This document shows positions 17,982 to 28,576 of a stretch of DNA of 49,553 nt, piece after piece. The stretch covers positions 1-49,553 of the forward strand of contig JBHLOI010000025.1 in NCBI GenBank assembly GCA_048940645.1, given 5' to 3'. Below the pieces are notes generated by a model, which was given only the letters and a program-made list of their open reading frames with translations, was not told where the DNA came from and did not search any database. The position numbers and the translations under genes were made by a program. Source of the stretch: Promethearchaeota archaeon. Lineage in GTDB: Archaea; Asgardarchaeota; Lokiarchaeia; Sigyniarchaeales; SOKP01. The first letter of the stretch is position 1. The number at the start of each line of letters is the position of its first letter.

Positions 17982-20759
17982 TTGATAATTATGTCTACAA
18001 ATAAACAAAAAATCTCAAAAATTTTGATCATAGGCTTAATTGCATTAATTATATCTAACATTTCTGTGTTTCTATTAATAAAACCAGCGTTTGCTCAATC
18101 AAGTACGAGTAAAAATATTTTAGTAATTAGTAAAGGAAATGATGATTTATTTATTCAGAGCCTTGGGATTGACCAAGAAAATTTTAATATCTCAATACAG
18201 TCTGATTCTGAAACATTAACCTCAATAGGTCCATGGATTGATGTTGTTTTGCTATTTGATCCTCAGTTAAATGCTTTAGAACAAGGATTAATTTCCTCTT
18301 TTGTTGATAATGGTGGAGGAGTTATCGTTTTTATGGGGCAAAATTTACACGATAATGCTACACTTTTAGAGGAATTAGAATTGATTGATAATACATTATT
18401 TGTAGCAGGTAAGAAAAAAAATCAAGAATCTATGCTGTTTATAATAAATAACCCAAATCATCCAATCAGCAATAATATTGACTGGAATTCTGCTCCAGAT
18501 ATTAAGATTAATAATATGACCATTATTCCTCTTAATAGCTTAAATTCATCTGTAGAAAGAATTGTAGATGTCTATCCTATTTCAAAAAATTTGGAAATTG
18601 AAGCAAATCGAGAAGTAATTATAATTGAAAGGGCTAAGGGAAGCGGAAATGTTATTTTATTTTCAGGCTGGATAGAAACAAACGCTAATCTAGATTTCAA
18701 AGTATGGCCTTATTTCAATTATCTTTTATACGCGCTAACTTTTGAGAGTTTAAATCTATCTTTTCAAACTTACGCCTCGTGGCCTTATTCACCAGTTCCT
18801 CACTCTTTTGAACAAATTATAATTGGAATAATTATTATTATTCTCGCGATTTTAGCAATTGCTTTATTCATTGTTGTTAAAAGGAAATCAAGAGGCGCCA
18901 TCGACCAAAAGGTAATAGAAACATTAAAATCAAGAGCAGAAGAGGAAGAAATGAAAAAAGCGGAAGAAATTGAAGCAATAGAAAAAAAGTTAGAGGAACA
19001 TGTGGATTTAAAAAATGATTGGGAAGTTATAGGGGTTCATCGCCAACTTGGTGGATTTCTTTTCACATTGTTCATAGGCTTGATTCTCGTTTTACCACAG
19101 TTACTAATCTCGAATTTTATTATGCCCCAAATCATACAACCATACCCACAAGCTGCTGGTTGGTATAATTATGCCTATAATTTCTTTCAAATAATATGGA
19201 TTTTGTTCGATTTCGGAACTAGTTTTGCTTTGGCTAAATTTTTTGCCCAATATCGAGTAAAAAATCCAGAGAAATCAATACATTACATTCAAATTTATGT
19301 ATGGTGGCAAATAATTACTGGTATTATTCAAATTTCATTAATAGCATTTATGGGATCATTTATTTTTCCATATACTAATCTTGCTCATATGAGTTGGATT
19401 TTTATAATATATTCGTTCGTTCAATACCCTGGCGTATTCTTAGTATTTATGTATTCTTTTCAAGGAATGCAACGTTCGGATTTTTATCTAATATTATATA
19501 TTTTCTGGGAAATTATATTTTTATTGGTTGGACAAGTGATTTTTTGTTACCTTGGACGCATGTGGGGTGCTGCTAATCCCATCTTTGGTGAAGCTTTAGG
19601 AGCAGGTATAGGATATGCGATTGCGAGATGTTTTGATTATTGGATGACGTTCTTTATTTCAATTATAATCTTCAAAAAACAAGGATTTTCACCTAAAACT
19701 TGTTTTAGAATTGATTTTTCTAGAAAGGAAGTTAAAGAATCACTACGTTATGGGTCACGGCTAGGTGTTGGAGAAGGCTTTGTGCAAATAGGATGGTTTA
19801 TTCAGGTTGTTATAACCTCTATTTTTGTAGCAAATTATTCCAATAATTTAGGTTGGTTTAATTTAACATGGACATTAGGTCAAATTGTAATGATTGTTAG
19901 TCTATATTCGAACACTCTTTTAGGGGCATATAGTGAATCAAGTTCTCATAATAAGCATACATTAACAAAATTATATATCTATCAAGCTTTTAGATGGGGG
20001 AATTATTTTGCATTTTTCTTAATATCTGTTCTTTTTGCCACAGGAGCGAAGTTTTTAGTAGGAGCTGCTGGTGAAGAATATGGTGGTCCTGCTGTTAAAT
20101 TTTTAGTTCCTTTATTACTTTTTCATACTGGTGGTATCTATTCTTGGCTTGTTGATTCTGTATTCCAAGGCACGGGACATACTGGTTATTTGATGATGGT
20201 ATGGATCATTGAACAGACTAGTAGAGCATTACTTATGTTTCTTTTAGTTTTCTTTTTAAGGGATATGGTCTACGTAATTATAGCTTATATTCCTGCGGTA
20301 CTTCTTAAAGATATTATTGGTTGGTTAATTGTACGGAAAAAAATCATTAAATATAAAATCTATCCCTTTAAAACTTTTGTAACTCCAGCAATCTCAGCAA
20401 TTATTAATTTTATTGTCTTATATTTTACAAGTGAACTAATTTGGGCACTTCCTTTGGGAGATAAAATCCTCAATACTGCAATCTTATTCTTATTAGGGAT
20501 TTTTGTGTTCATATTTTTCTATGCATTCTTAGACGGTTTCTTAGGTGGTTATGATGATAATACGTTACAAGAATTTAATAGAGCAGCATTAATGGTTACC
20601 ACTCCAGTTCTTGGTTTCTTTCCAAAAACATTAAGTAAAGTAGCTAAATTCGGTAGTAAGATAAGTCCACTTCACAATAAATTTAAAATTGATATCTATG
20701 AGGAAGCCATGAAAGAGGCTTATGATTTAACATTAGAAAAGAAAATTTTACAAATTTAG
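17982..20759 (+). CDS. Large membrane protein: extracellular N-terminal domain plus MOP/MATE flippase-like multi-TM domain
   Basis: Signal peptide ending AFA-Q, soluble domain, TM, charged coiled linker, then about 14 hydrophobic segments with DFGTSFALAKFFA. Confidence 0.6.
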   Translation: MIIMSTNKQKISKILIIGLIALIISNISVFLLIKPAFAQSSTSKNILVISKGNDDLFIQSLGIDQENFNISIQSDSETLTSIGPWIDVVLLFDPQLNALEQGLISSFVDNGGGVIVFMGQNLHDNATLLEELELIDNTLFVAGKKKNQESMLFIINNPNHPISNNIDWNSAPDIKINNMTIIPLNSLNSSVERIVDVYPISKNLEIEANREVIIIERAKGSGNVILFSGWIETNANLDFKVWPYFNYLLYALTFESLNLSFQTYASWPYSPVPHSFEQIIIGIIIIILAILAIALFIVVKRKSRGAIDQKVIETLKSRAEEEEMKKAEEIEAIEKKLEEHVDLKNDWEVIGVHRQLGGFLFTLFIGLILVLPQLLISNFIMPQIIQPYPQAAGWYNYAYNFFQIIWILFDFGTSFALAKFFAQYRVKNPEKSIHYIQIYVWWQIITGIIQISLIAFMGSFIFPYTNLAHMSWIFIIYSFVQYPGVFLVFMYSFQGMQRSDFYLILYIFWEIIFLLVGQVIFCYLGRMWGAANPIFGEALGAGIGYAIARCFDYWMTFFISIIIFKKQGFSPKTCFRIDFSRKEVKESLRYGSRLGVGEGFVQIGWFIQVVITSIFVANYSNNLGWFNLTWTLGQIVMIVSLYSNTLLGAYSESSSHNKHTLTKLYIYQAFRWGNYFAFFLISVLFATGAKFLVGAAGEEYGGPAVKFLVPLLLFHTGGIYSWLVDSVFQGTGHTGYLMMVWIIEQTSRALLMFLLVFFLRDMVYVIIAYIPAVLLKDIIGWLIVRKKIIKYKIYPFKTFVTPAISAIINFIVLYFTSELIWALPLGDKILNTAILFLLGIFVFIFFYAFLDGFLGGYDDNTLQEFNRAALMVTTPVLGFFPKTLSKVAKFGSKISPLHNKFKIDIYEEAMKEAYDLTLEKKILQI

Positions 20760-20966
20760 ATTTACCTTTTTTTTTTTATTAAAAAGCGGGAATTGCTATT
20801 CGAAGAAAATATTCAATTTACCTAAGCTTTGGATTAAAATCTTGGACATGACTCCTTGGATTTAGACAAAAGAGCTTTTATTATTAAATCTATAATAAAT
20901 ATTATAAATTTCTACTGAAAATTAATAGTCTTGTAAGATTTATTTCTTAAAGTTGAATTTTTTCTT

Positions 20967-23885
20967 ATGATGAAGGATAAAGTCTCAATAGAGGAACTTA
21001 ATCTGAGAGATCTAACTCCAATGATGAAACACTGGTACAGTGTTAAGGAACAATACAAAAAAAAATATCCTGATCATATTTTAGCTTATAGAATGGGAGA
21101 TTTTTATGAATTTTTCTATGATGACGCCGTGAGAGTTTCTAATCTATTAGGCATTACTTTAACTAAGAGAAAGTTTGGAGATGATTCCTATCCTCTCGCG
21201 GGTATCCCTCATCATGCAGGTAATTATTTAAAAAACTTAGTAAATTTAGGACAAACTGTGGTTTTGGTTGATCAGTTAGAGGATCCGTCTACAGTGAAAG
21301 GAAGAATTGTAAAAAGAGGAGTTGTAAGAATACTTTCTCCAGGTACAATTATCGAGTCAGATATGTTAAAATCTAATGAAAATAATTATATTTGTTCGAT
21401 AATTAGACAAAGAACTGGTTTTGGGATTGCTTTTGCGGATCTATCCACTGGTGAATTTATGACAGCAGAATTTTCTATGAATGAAAAAGATCCTCTGGAA
21501 AAACTTTTAAGTATTTTTGCACAATACGATCCAGTTGAAGTTATTGTCCCTTCAGAGTTGAAAAAGGATGAAAGACTATTTTTGTTAATAACTGATTTAA
21601 ACGATGCTTTAATTAAACCATATGATGATTCTATTTTTAATCACGATGATGCCTATTCTTTAATAACTCGACATTTCAAAGTTTCAAATCTTAAAGGATT
21701 CGATTTGGAAGAAAAACCACTAGCTATTCAAGCAGCTGGTGGTTTATTAGCATTTTTAAAAGAAACCCAAAGAGATATACTACCGAATATTTTTAAAATA
21801 AATATAATCCAAGAAAAACAAATTTTACATCTAGATTATATTACTCAAAGAAATTTAGAATTAATTACATCATTATGGGAAAAAGGGAGAGATACAACAT
21901 TATATTCCATCTTTAGTCACACTTATACTCCAATGGGAGCTCGTTTATTAAAAAAGATAATCTTACAACCGCTTACAAATATTAATGAAATAAATCAGCG
22001 TCTGAATATTGTCCAGAAATTTAAAGATGATATTTTCCTAAGAACGGAGTTAAGGGAAGAATTAAGAATCATTGGAGATCTTGAGAGATATATCAATAAA
22101 ATTAATTATTCTAGATCTTCAAATGCAAGAGATTTAGTAAATATTAAAAATTCATTAGAAAAAATCCCTATAATCAAAACAATACTAGCAAAGTCGAAAA
22201 TTCCCGAAATATCTAGATTTCTTGAAAAAATTAATGATTTTAGAGAAATTAGGAGTTTGATTGAAGCGTCAATTAAAGACGAACCACCTATCACTATAAG
22301 AGAGGGAAATATTATAAATTACGGCTTTAATGAAAGAATAGATGATTTAAGAGACATCCTTAATAACGGAAAATCCTATATTCTTGAATACGAAAAAGAA
22401 CAAAAATTAAGATGGAGATTAAATTCTGGTTTTAAAGTGGGTCATAATAATATTCTAGGATATTATATTCAAATTACACTAAATACCCTAAAATCTATTC
22501 CAAAATTACCTGAAGAATATATAGAAAGGCAGACTCTTAAAAATGCGAAACGATTTACCACAGCAAAGTTAAAGCAACTTGAAGAAAAAATAATAAAAGC
22601 AGAAGAACAGATAAACGATTTAGAATATGAAATTTATTGTACGATACGAGAAAAAGTATTACAAGAAACAGTAAATATTTTAGAAACAGCAAAAAATATT
22701 GCATTCATAGATGTAATGGCATCTTTTGCTGAGATTGCTGAACAATATAATTATTGTCGCCCGGTGATTAACAATGAAGATAAGATAATTATAAAGGATG
22801 GAAGGCATGCTGTTGTGGAACAAATAAATTTGTCTGATAAATTTATACCTAATGATTGTTATTTGGACACCGAGAAAGACCAAATATTAGTAATAACTGG
22901 TCCAAATATGGCAGGTAAAAGTACTTTTCTGAGACAAGTTGCTTTAATTTGCATAATTGCTCAGATGGGATGTTTTGTTCCTGCAAAATCGGCGACAATA
23001 GGAATTATTGATCAAATTTTTACGCGAATAGGAGCCTCAGATGATTTAGCGAGAAGATTGAGTACCTTTATGATTGAAATGACAGAAACTGCGAAGATTT
23101 TGCATTATGCTACTCCCAGAAGCCTTATTATTATTGATGAACTTGGTAGAGGAACCAGTACCAGTGATGGTCAGAGCATTGCTATGGCTACTCTAGAAAA
23201 GCTCCATGAATTAAAGGCTAAAACTCTTTTTAGTACTCATTATCATCAATTAACAGAGATAAATCTACCACGAATTAAGAATTATCATCTTGATATTATA
23301 GAAAATGAGGATGGTAGTATTAATTTTGTAAGAAAGTTAAAATCAGGGAGTACTGATAAGTCTTATGGAATAAATGTGGCGAAATTAGCGGGAATACCTG
23401 ATGATGTAATTATAAGAGCTTTTGAAATTTTAGATCAAATAGAGGAAAAAGACCCATTTAGAGCGATGGTTAAGGAAAATGGCAATGGAGTACGTTCTGG
23501 AAAACATTATGATAAGCTTGCTGGCGAAAAGCTAAAAGAGTTAGAGAAATTAAACTTCGAACTCGAAACAAAACACCAGGAATTAGGTATCTGCGAAGAA
23601 GAAATTTCCAAAAAAGAAAAAGAATTAGGTAAAAAAACTTATGAAATTGAGAAATTAAAATCTGAAATTAGTAGTATTAAAAAAGAGTCTAAATCAAAAA
23701 AAGCGAAAAAATATGTACAAACTTCTTTATTTAAACCAATAAATATTAATAAAAACTTGCTTGATGAAGAAGTTATTAAAATAGTTAAATTACTAAAGGA
23801 TATTGACATCAATTCTTTAACTCCATTAGAAGCAATGAAAAAATTGATAGAAATTAAGGAAGGATTAAAAAATTTTAAAAATTAA
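20967..23885 (+). CDS. mutS: DNA mismatch repair protein MutS (MutS1)
   Basis: TPMM, GDFYEFF (FxE), TGPNMAGKST, STFM, IIDELGRGT, STHYH. Confidence 0.97.
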   Translation: MMKDKVSIEELNLRDLTPMMKHWYSVKEQYKKKYPDHILAYRMGDFYEFFYDDAVRVSNLLGITLTKRKFGDDSYPLAGIPHHAGNYLKNLVNLGQTVVLVDQLEDPSTVKGRIVKRGVVRILSPGTIIESDMLKSNENNYICSIIRQRTGFGIAFADLSTGEFMTAEFSMNEKDPLEKLLSIFAQYDPVEVIVPSELKKDERLFLLITDLNDALIKPYDDSIFNHDDAYSLITRHFKVSNLKGFDLEEKPLAIQAAGGLLAFLKETQRDILPNIFKINIIQEKQILHLDYITQRNLELITSLWEKGRDTTLYSIFSHTYTPMGARLLKKIILQPLTNINEINQRLNIVQKFKDDIFLRTELREELRIIGDLERYINKINYSRSSNARDLVNIKNSLEKIPIIKTILAKSKIPEISRFLEKINDFREIRSLIEASIKDEPPITIREGNIINYGFNERIDDLRDILNNGKSYILEYEKEQKLRWRLNSGFKVGHNNILGYYIQITLNTLKSIPKLPEEYIERQTLKNAKRFTTAKLKQLEEKIIKAEEQINDLEYEIYCTIREKVLQETVNILETAKNIAFIDVMASFAEIAEQYNYCRPVINNEDKIIIKDGRHAVVEQINLSDKFIPNDCYLDTEKDQILVITGPNMAGKSTFLRQVALICIIAQMGCFVPAKSATIGIIDQIFTRIGASDDLARRLSTFMIEMTETAKILHYATPRSLIIIDELGRGTSTSDGQSIAMATLEKLHELKAKTLFSTHYHQLTEINLPRIKNYHLDIIENEDGSINFVRKLKSGSTDKSYGINVAKLAGIPDDVIIRAFEILDQIEEKDPFRAMVKENGNGVRSGKHYDKLAGEKLKELEKLNFELETKHQELGICEEEISKKEKELGKKTYEIEKLKSEISSIKKESKSKKAKKYVQTSLFKPININKNLLDEEVIKIVKLLKDIDINSLTPLEAMKKLIEIKEGLKNFKN

Positions 23886-24631
23886 AGAAGAGAAGAAGAA
23901 TATTTATCTAAAAAGCAGATTACTCGAGGATGTCTTTTCAATATTGATGCTGGATTCTCAGGACTAATTTTAGCTTTGTCAGACAAGCAATTCCGAACGG
24001 CTTCTGCTTTTCTTTTATCAGGACAAGTACAAATAATATTTTTAGCTCTCATTATCTCATTAATTGACATTGTAATTGCTTTTTTTGGCACTCCCTCAAT
24101 AGATTTAAACCATCCTTCATTAAGTTGCTGTATTCGGCTTTTAACATCTAAATTTACAATAATATAAGGTTCTTTTGTTTTGAAATCCGCTGGAGGATCA
24201 TTAAAAGCAAGATGCCCATTTTCCCCTATACCCACTAAAGCTAAATCAATAGTTCTTCTAGAAATAAGATCACTAATTCGTTTGCACTCATAGATTGGCT
24301 TTGCGGCATCTCCTTGAATAAAAAAAACTTTCCCAGGTTTTACTTTATCTATTATTCGCTTTTTTAGATAGTATCTGAAGCTAGCGGGATGATTTTCTGA
24401 CAAGCCTATATATTCATCTAAATGAAACATTTCTGTCTTTTTCCAGTTAATTTCATTATGGTTGCATAGAGCATCCAATAATTCAAATTGAGAAGTTCCT
24501 GTTGCTGCAACAAAACAACTCTTTTTTTTTGATTTGATAACTTTTTGTAAAATCTCAGCAGCTTTTTGTGCTGCAGCTTCTCCCATTTCTAGCTTATTTT
24601 GGAATATTTTTATAAAAACCAAAAAAATCAA
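23882..24631 (-). CDS. nagB: Glucosamine-6-phosphate deaminase family protein
   Basis: ATGTS, FHLDEY, GIGENGHLAFNDP, PASIL. Confidence 0.88.
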   Translation of the reverse strand: MIFLVFIKIFQNKLEMGEAAAQKAAEILQKVIKSKKKSCFVAATGTSQFELLDALCNHNEINWKKTEMFHLDEYIGLSENHPASFRYYLKKRIIDKVKPGKVFFIQGDAAKPIYECKRISDLISRRTIDLALVGIGENGHLAFNDPPADFKTKEPYIIVNLDVKSRIQQLNEGWFKSIEGVPKKAITMSINEIMRAKNIICTCPDKRKAEAVRNCLSDKAKISPENPASILKRHPRVICFLDKYSSSLL

Positions 24632-24751
24632 CTCTAATTTAAAATTATTTAAATCTTAATAGAGTATTTTTTTAAATTTGTTGGTAATGTGAAATATATT
24701 AATCTATTTAAATTATAAATTTTTGAGTATAAAATAAAATTTTGAGACAAA

Positions 24752-26647
24752 TTGAAAAGATCTAAGATTCAAAAGATACTTGACGCTGAAAAAATTGCTG
24801 CAGGAGAAGTTGTTGAGAGACCTGCTAATGTAGTTAAAGAGTTAATAGAAAATAGTATTGATGCAAGAGCAAATGAGATACGTGTTATTGTTAAAAAAGC
24901 CGGAAAATCCTTAATACAAATTGTAGATGATGGAATAGGGATTCCTCCAGATGAGATTGAAGTTGCTTTTGATAGGCACACCAGTAGCAAAATAACAAGA
25001 ATAGAGGATTTAGATAATTTAAGATCTTTAGGGTTTAGGGGAGAAGCACTCGCAAGTATCGCAGCAGTTAGTCAAGTTGAAATAGTTTCAAGAATTAAAG
25101 AAAACGACTTGGGAGTAAAATTACGTATTGAAGGAGGGAAAGTTATTCAGAAGGAAGAAATTTCTTGCCCTGTTGGTACCAATATTAGAGTAAGAAATCT
25201 GTTTTATAATGTTCCTGCTAGGAAAAAATTTTTAAAAAAAGATAATACTGAACTTGGGCATATAACTGATATTATGCAAAGATATTCATTAGCATTCCCG
25301 CAACTTCATTTTATCTACATCCATAATGGACTAACTATCCTTAATTGTCCAGCTCAAAATGATTTAAAAACAACGGTTTTTCATATTTATGGGAAAAAGA
25401 TCGCTAAAAATATGGAATCAATTGACTATAAAGAAGGAGATTTTGGATTACATGGATTAGTTGGACATAGTGATATATCTAAGAAAAGTAGAACTTATTC
25501 CAGTCTATATATCAATAATCGTTATGTTATTAGTGATTTATTATTCAGAGCTGTTCAAGAAGCATATAAAGATATTTTAATGATCGGAAAGTATGCTTTT
25601 TTTATTCTATTTTTAGATATTAATCCTGGTATTGTAGACTTTAATATCCATCCGAAAAAATTGCATATTAGGTTTGAAGATGAGGATTTCATTTATAATA
25701 AGGTATATAATATTATCAGAGATTTTATAGAGGAAAAATTTATTAAAAAGCAAGATAAATATCTTGAAACTGAACTTAGTCAATTTAGCTCATATAAAGA
25801 TGAAGAATTAAAGATGGATTCAAGGATGGAATCTGAAAATTTACTTGAATCCATTGAAATTAGTCAAACAACTTCAAATAATGTCAATGAAAATGAATTA
25901 TCTATTGGGGCCCAACTAGATGACAATGCTCAAAAATCTATACAACTAAATCTAACAGATCAAATTGTAGATAAGATTTCAGAAAAAGAACAAGTACCTG
26001 AAACGTATCTAAGGGAAAAATATATAATTTCAGAGAATTTCCCTAAAATTCGATTAATTTCTAAAACTGGACAGCTGAGCAATAAGATTTATATTTTACT
26101 AGAAGGTATTAATGAAAATGGAGAGGCGGGAATGTATATCTTGGATCAGCATGCTGCTTCTGAACGAATTAATAAAGAATATTTCCAAAGATTATATCAG
26201 ACAAGAAAGAAAGATATACAAAGACTTATATCTCCTCTTAAAATTGATGTATCTCCAAGCGAACGGTTCTTTTTATTATCAAATTTATATGAAATCAACA
26301 AACTTGGTTTTAAATTTGAACATTTTGGGGGAAATACCTTTATTCTTAGGGATTTGCCTACAATCATTGAAAAATTACCAAAAGCAGAAATAATAAATGA
26401 AATTATTAGTGATCTTACTGATATTGGTAAAGATAAGAGTTTTTCAGAAATTAAAGACCAAGTTATTAATTATTTAGCTTGCCATAAAAGCATTCGGGGG
26501 GGAGAAGATTTATCAATAATTAGTATAAGAAAACTTTTATCCGACTTAGCTAAATGTAAAGATCCTTTTCACTGTGCACACGGAAGACCAACATTAAAGT
26601 TTATATCAATTAAAGAGTTAGATAAATTATTCAAACGTGTTGTATAA
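24752..26647 (+). CDS. mutL: DNA mismatch repair endonuclease MutL
   Basis: IAAGEVVERP, GFRGEAL, DQHAASERINKE, ACHKS, CAHGRP. Confidence 0.97.
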   Translation: MKRSKIQKILDAEKIAAGEVVERPANVVKELIENSIDARANEIRVIVKKAGKSLIQIVDDGIGIPPDEIEVAFDRHTSSKITRIEDLDNLRSLGFRGEALASIAAVSQVEIVSRIKENDLGVKLRIEGGKVIQKEEISCPVGTNIRVRNLFYNVPARKKFLKKDNTELGHITDIMQRYSLAFPQLHFIYIHNGLTILNCPAQNDLKTTVFHIYGKKIAKNMESIDYKEGDFGLHGLVGHSDISKKSRTYSSLYINNRYVISDLLFRAVQEAYKDILMIGKYAFFILFLDINPGIVDFNIHPKKLHIRFEDEDFIYNKVYNIIRDFIEEKFIKKQDKYLETELSQFSSYKDEELKMDSRMESENLLESIEISQTTSNNVNENELSIGAQLDDNAQKSIQLNLTDQIVDKISEKEQVPETYLREKYIISENFPKIRLISKTGQLSNKIYILLEGINENGEAGMYILDQHAASERINKEYFQRLYQTRKKDIQRLISPLKIDVSPSERFFLLSNLYEINKLGFKFEHFGGNTFILRDLPTIIEKLPKAEIINEIISDLTDIGKDKSFSEIKDQVINYLACHKSIRGGEDLSIISIRKLLSDLAKCKDPFHCAHGRPTLKFISIKELDKLFKRVV

Positions 26648-26774
26648 AATCATTTTGAAGTTTCCTCCTTATTTTTTCAAGCCTTTCTAAAAATTAAGAT
26701 ATAAATATTAAAATTAAGATTTTTTATATGGAATATTTTGGAATTTAGTAGAAATAAATCATACAAATATTAAA

Positions 26775-27272
26775 ATGAAAAAGATATTAAAGAAAAAAAC
26801 CATAAAGGAAAAAGAGATAAAAAGTGAAGGAGAAAAAATTGCAATTAGAAACCCTAAGTTTGATGCCCTATCAGATATTGATGATATGAAGATTTTGGAA
26901 GAAAATTGTTTATTAAATGCTAATTATGAGGAAGCTATTAATTATGCTGAAAAAGTCATTAGATTGGCAATAAAAAATGAAATGGATTCATATGTCCATG
27001 AGCAAGAAGAATTTATGAGAAAAGTAGCAGAAAAAGTACAAGGCTTATACTTCTCTGCTGAAATTGGAGAATCTGCTAGGATGATTAAAAAAATTTATGA
27101 TATCTTGATTAAATCGGGTAAAAATTATGAAGCGCATGAAATATTTGAAAGTTTTAAAAAACATCACCAAAATAATCCAAGCTTTTACTATATTCCCTTA
27201 ATTAAAGAACTCATTAAAAAGGATAAGACTGAATGGTTAAAATATCAAATCTTACATCAGGATGAAAATTAA
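26775..27272 (+). CDS. Hypothetical helical protein
   Basis: 165-aa ORF with TPR-like helix pattern (YEEAINYAEKVIRLA). Confidence 0.6.
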   Translation: MKKILKKKTIKEKEIKSEGEKIAIRNPKFDALSDIDDMKILEENCLLNANYEEAINYAEKVIRLAIKNEMDSYVHEQEEFMRKVAEKVQGLYFSAEIGESARMIKKIYDILIKSGKNYEAHEIFESFKKHHQNNPSFYYIPLIKELIKKDKTEWLKYQILHQDEN

Positions 27273-27309
27273 AAATTAAAATGTTAATGAAAATAAATTT
27301 TAGTTTTTT

Positions 27310-27576
27310 CTATGCTTTTGAAAAAGCAATACCTTCTATTCCTTGTATCCCTTCAACTTGACCTAATATTTCTTCAACTTTATCTGTACCTCCCCATTCT
27401 TCGGGATATCTCACGCGAAGCCTTGCTTTTTTAAGACCAAAAGCTACAGGTATGATTTCATAATGGTCAATGCTACAATTTTCAGGAAGCACATCCTTTA
27501 ATTTATTCACAAATCCTTGAAATTCAACATCAGTATCCTCTGGAACTACATCAATTAAAGCTACAAAATCTCCCAT
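27310..27576 (-). CDS. ef1b: Archaeal translation elongation factor 1-beta
   Basis: VVPEDTDV, PVAFGLKK, GGTDKVEE; start revised to ATG at 27576. Confidence 0.92.
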   Translation of the reverse strand: MGDFVALIDVVPEDTDVEFQGFVNKLKDVLPENCSIDHYEIIPVAFGLKKARLRVRYPEEWGGTDKVEEILGQVEGIQGIEGIAFSKA

Positions 27577-27607
27577 ATTAATCAAGAAACTTTTTTTATT
27601 AGAATGC

Positions 27608-27784
27608 TTATGGCCCCTCAAACTCACATTTAAGACATCGATATGTGTTTCCCATAGTTCTACAGCGTTCACATCTCCAAATAGTTACATCTCCACATTG
27701 TGGACAAGGAAAATGTACTGCTCCTTCATAAGGCGCGATTGGCCGTCCACATGAAAAACACATGTTCTTCTTAAAACTCGACAT
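27608..27784 (-). CDS. Zn-ribbon RNA-binding protein (DUF1610/COG2888 type), missing from the ORF track
   Basis: Manual translation MSSFKKNMCFSCGRPIAPYEGAVHFPCPQCGDVTIWRCERCRTMGNTYRCLKCEFEGP; four CxxC motifs; usual archaeal position upstream of aEF-1beta. Confidence 0.92.
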   Translation of the reverse strand: MSSFKKNMCFSCGRPIAPYEGAVHFPCPQCGDVTIWRCERCRTMGNTYRCLKCEFEGP

Positions 27785-27959
27785 TACTATTTATGAACCA
27801 TATAAACTTTAATGGGTTATAAAATAACCTATAACTTTAATTATTTTCGCTTTTAAAAAGTATAATCTAAAAAAGCTTAAGTTAATTAAAATTTATATTA
27901 ATAAACAACATATTTTACTTATAAATTATCTAATTTTTAAATATAAATCGGATATTATT

Positions 27960-28496
27960 ATGCCAGAAAATAAGGTAAAAAAGTATTTTTCCCTAATTGA
28001 AGCATGGGGATGGTGTGATATTTGCCAAGATATGGTAGCGCTAAGACTTGATAAAAAGGAAATTATAAATGGTCTTAAAATGGGGATTTATACAAAAGAG
28101 TTTAAACATCGAAATCTTTATCCTGATCCTGATGAAATCGATGATGTCTCTGGGCAAGAACATACTATCTATGTGTATATAAATGAGAATTATGATATTA
28201 CTGGTGTAAGATCCTTCTTTGGTGAAACTCCGAGTATGGCCGAGATGGGAGCCCAAACTATAGAAGCGGGTGGTGAGGTAAGAATTCCTGTAGTTATAAA
28301 AGAAGTCACTCCTCTTAGTGTCCAGTTGGGAATGCTTTCTATGAATGAGTATAAAGTTCTAAAAGTGTGTGATGGGAGGAATACTCTAGAACAAGTTGCC
28401 CAGATAAATCAGAAACCCGTGGAAGAGATTGAAAAATTAATGGAAAAGCTTCATAAAAAAGGATTAGTAGATGTTATTAAGCGATCTGCGGCTTAA
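27960..28496 (+). CDS. Hypothetical protein with N-terminal CxxC/His domain and C-terminal winged HTH
   Basis: WCDIC...H...H; CDGRNTLEQVAQ...LEKLHKKGLV-type wHTH tail. Confidence 0.65.
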   Translation: MPENKVKKYFSLIEAWGWCDICQDMVALRLDKKEIINGLKMGIYTKEFKHRNLYPDPDEIDDVSGQEHTIYVYINENYDITGVRSFFGETPSMAEMGAQTIEAGGEVRIPVVIKEVTPLSVQLGMLSMNEYKVLKVCDGRNTLEQVAQINQKPVEEIEKLMEKLHKKGLVDVIKRSAA

Positions 28497-28576
28497 TTTT
28501 ATTTTTAATCACTAATTAATTAGTATAATTAATTACAAAAATTTAATAAGAAGAAAATTTAACTGTTGTATTCATT

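Noticed and set aside
20967-26647. Dam/MutH-directed mismatch repair linked to the GATC arrays
   Set aside because: MutL has its own endonuclease motif (DQHAx2Ex4E) and no mutH is present in the window
27577-27672. N-terminal extension of EF-1beta
   Set aside because: Overlaps the real Zn-ribbon gene in another frame
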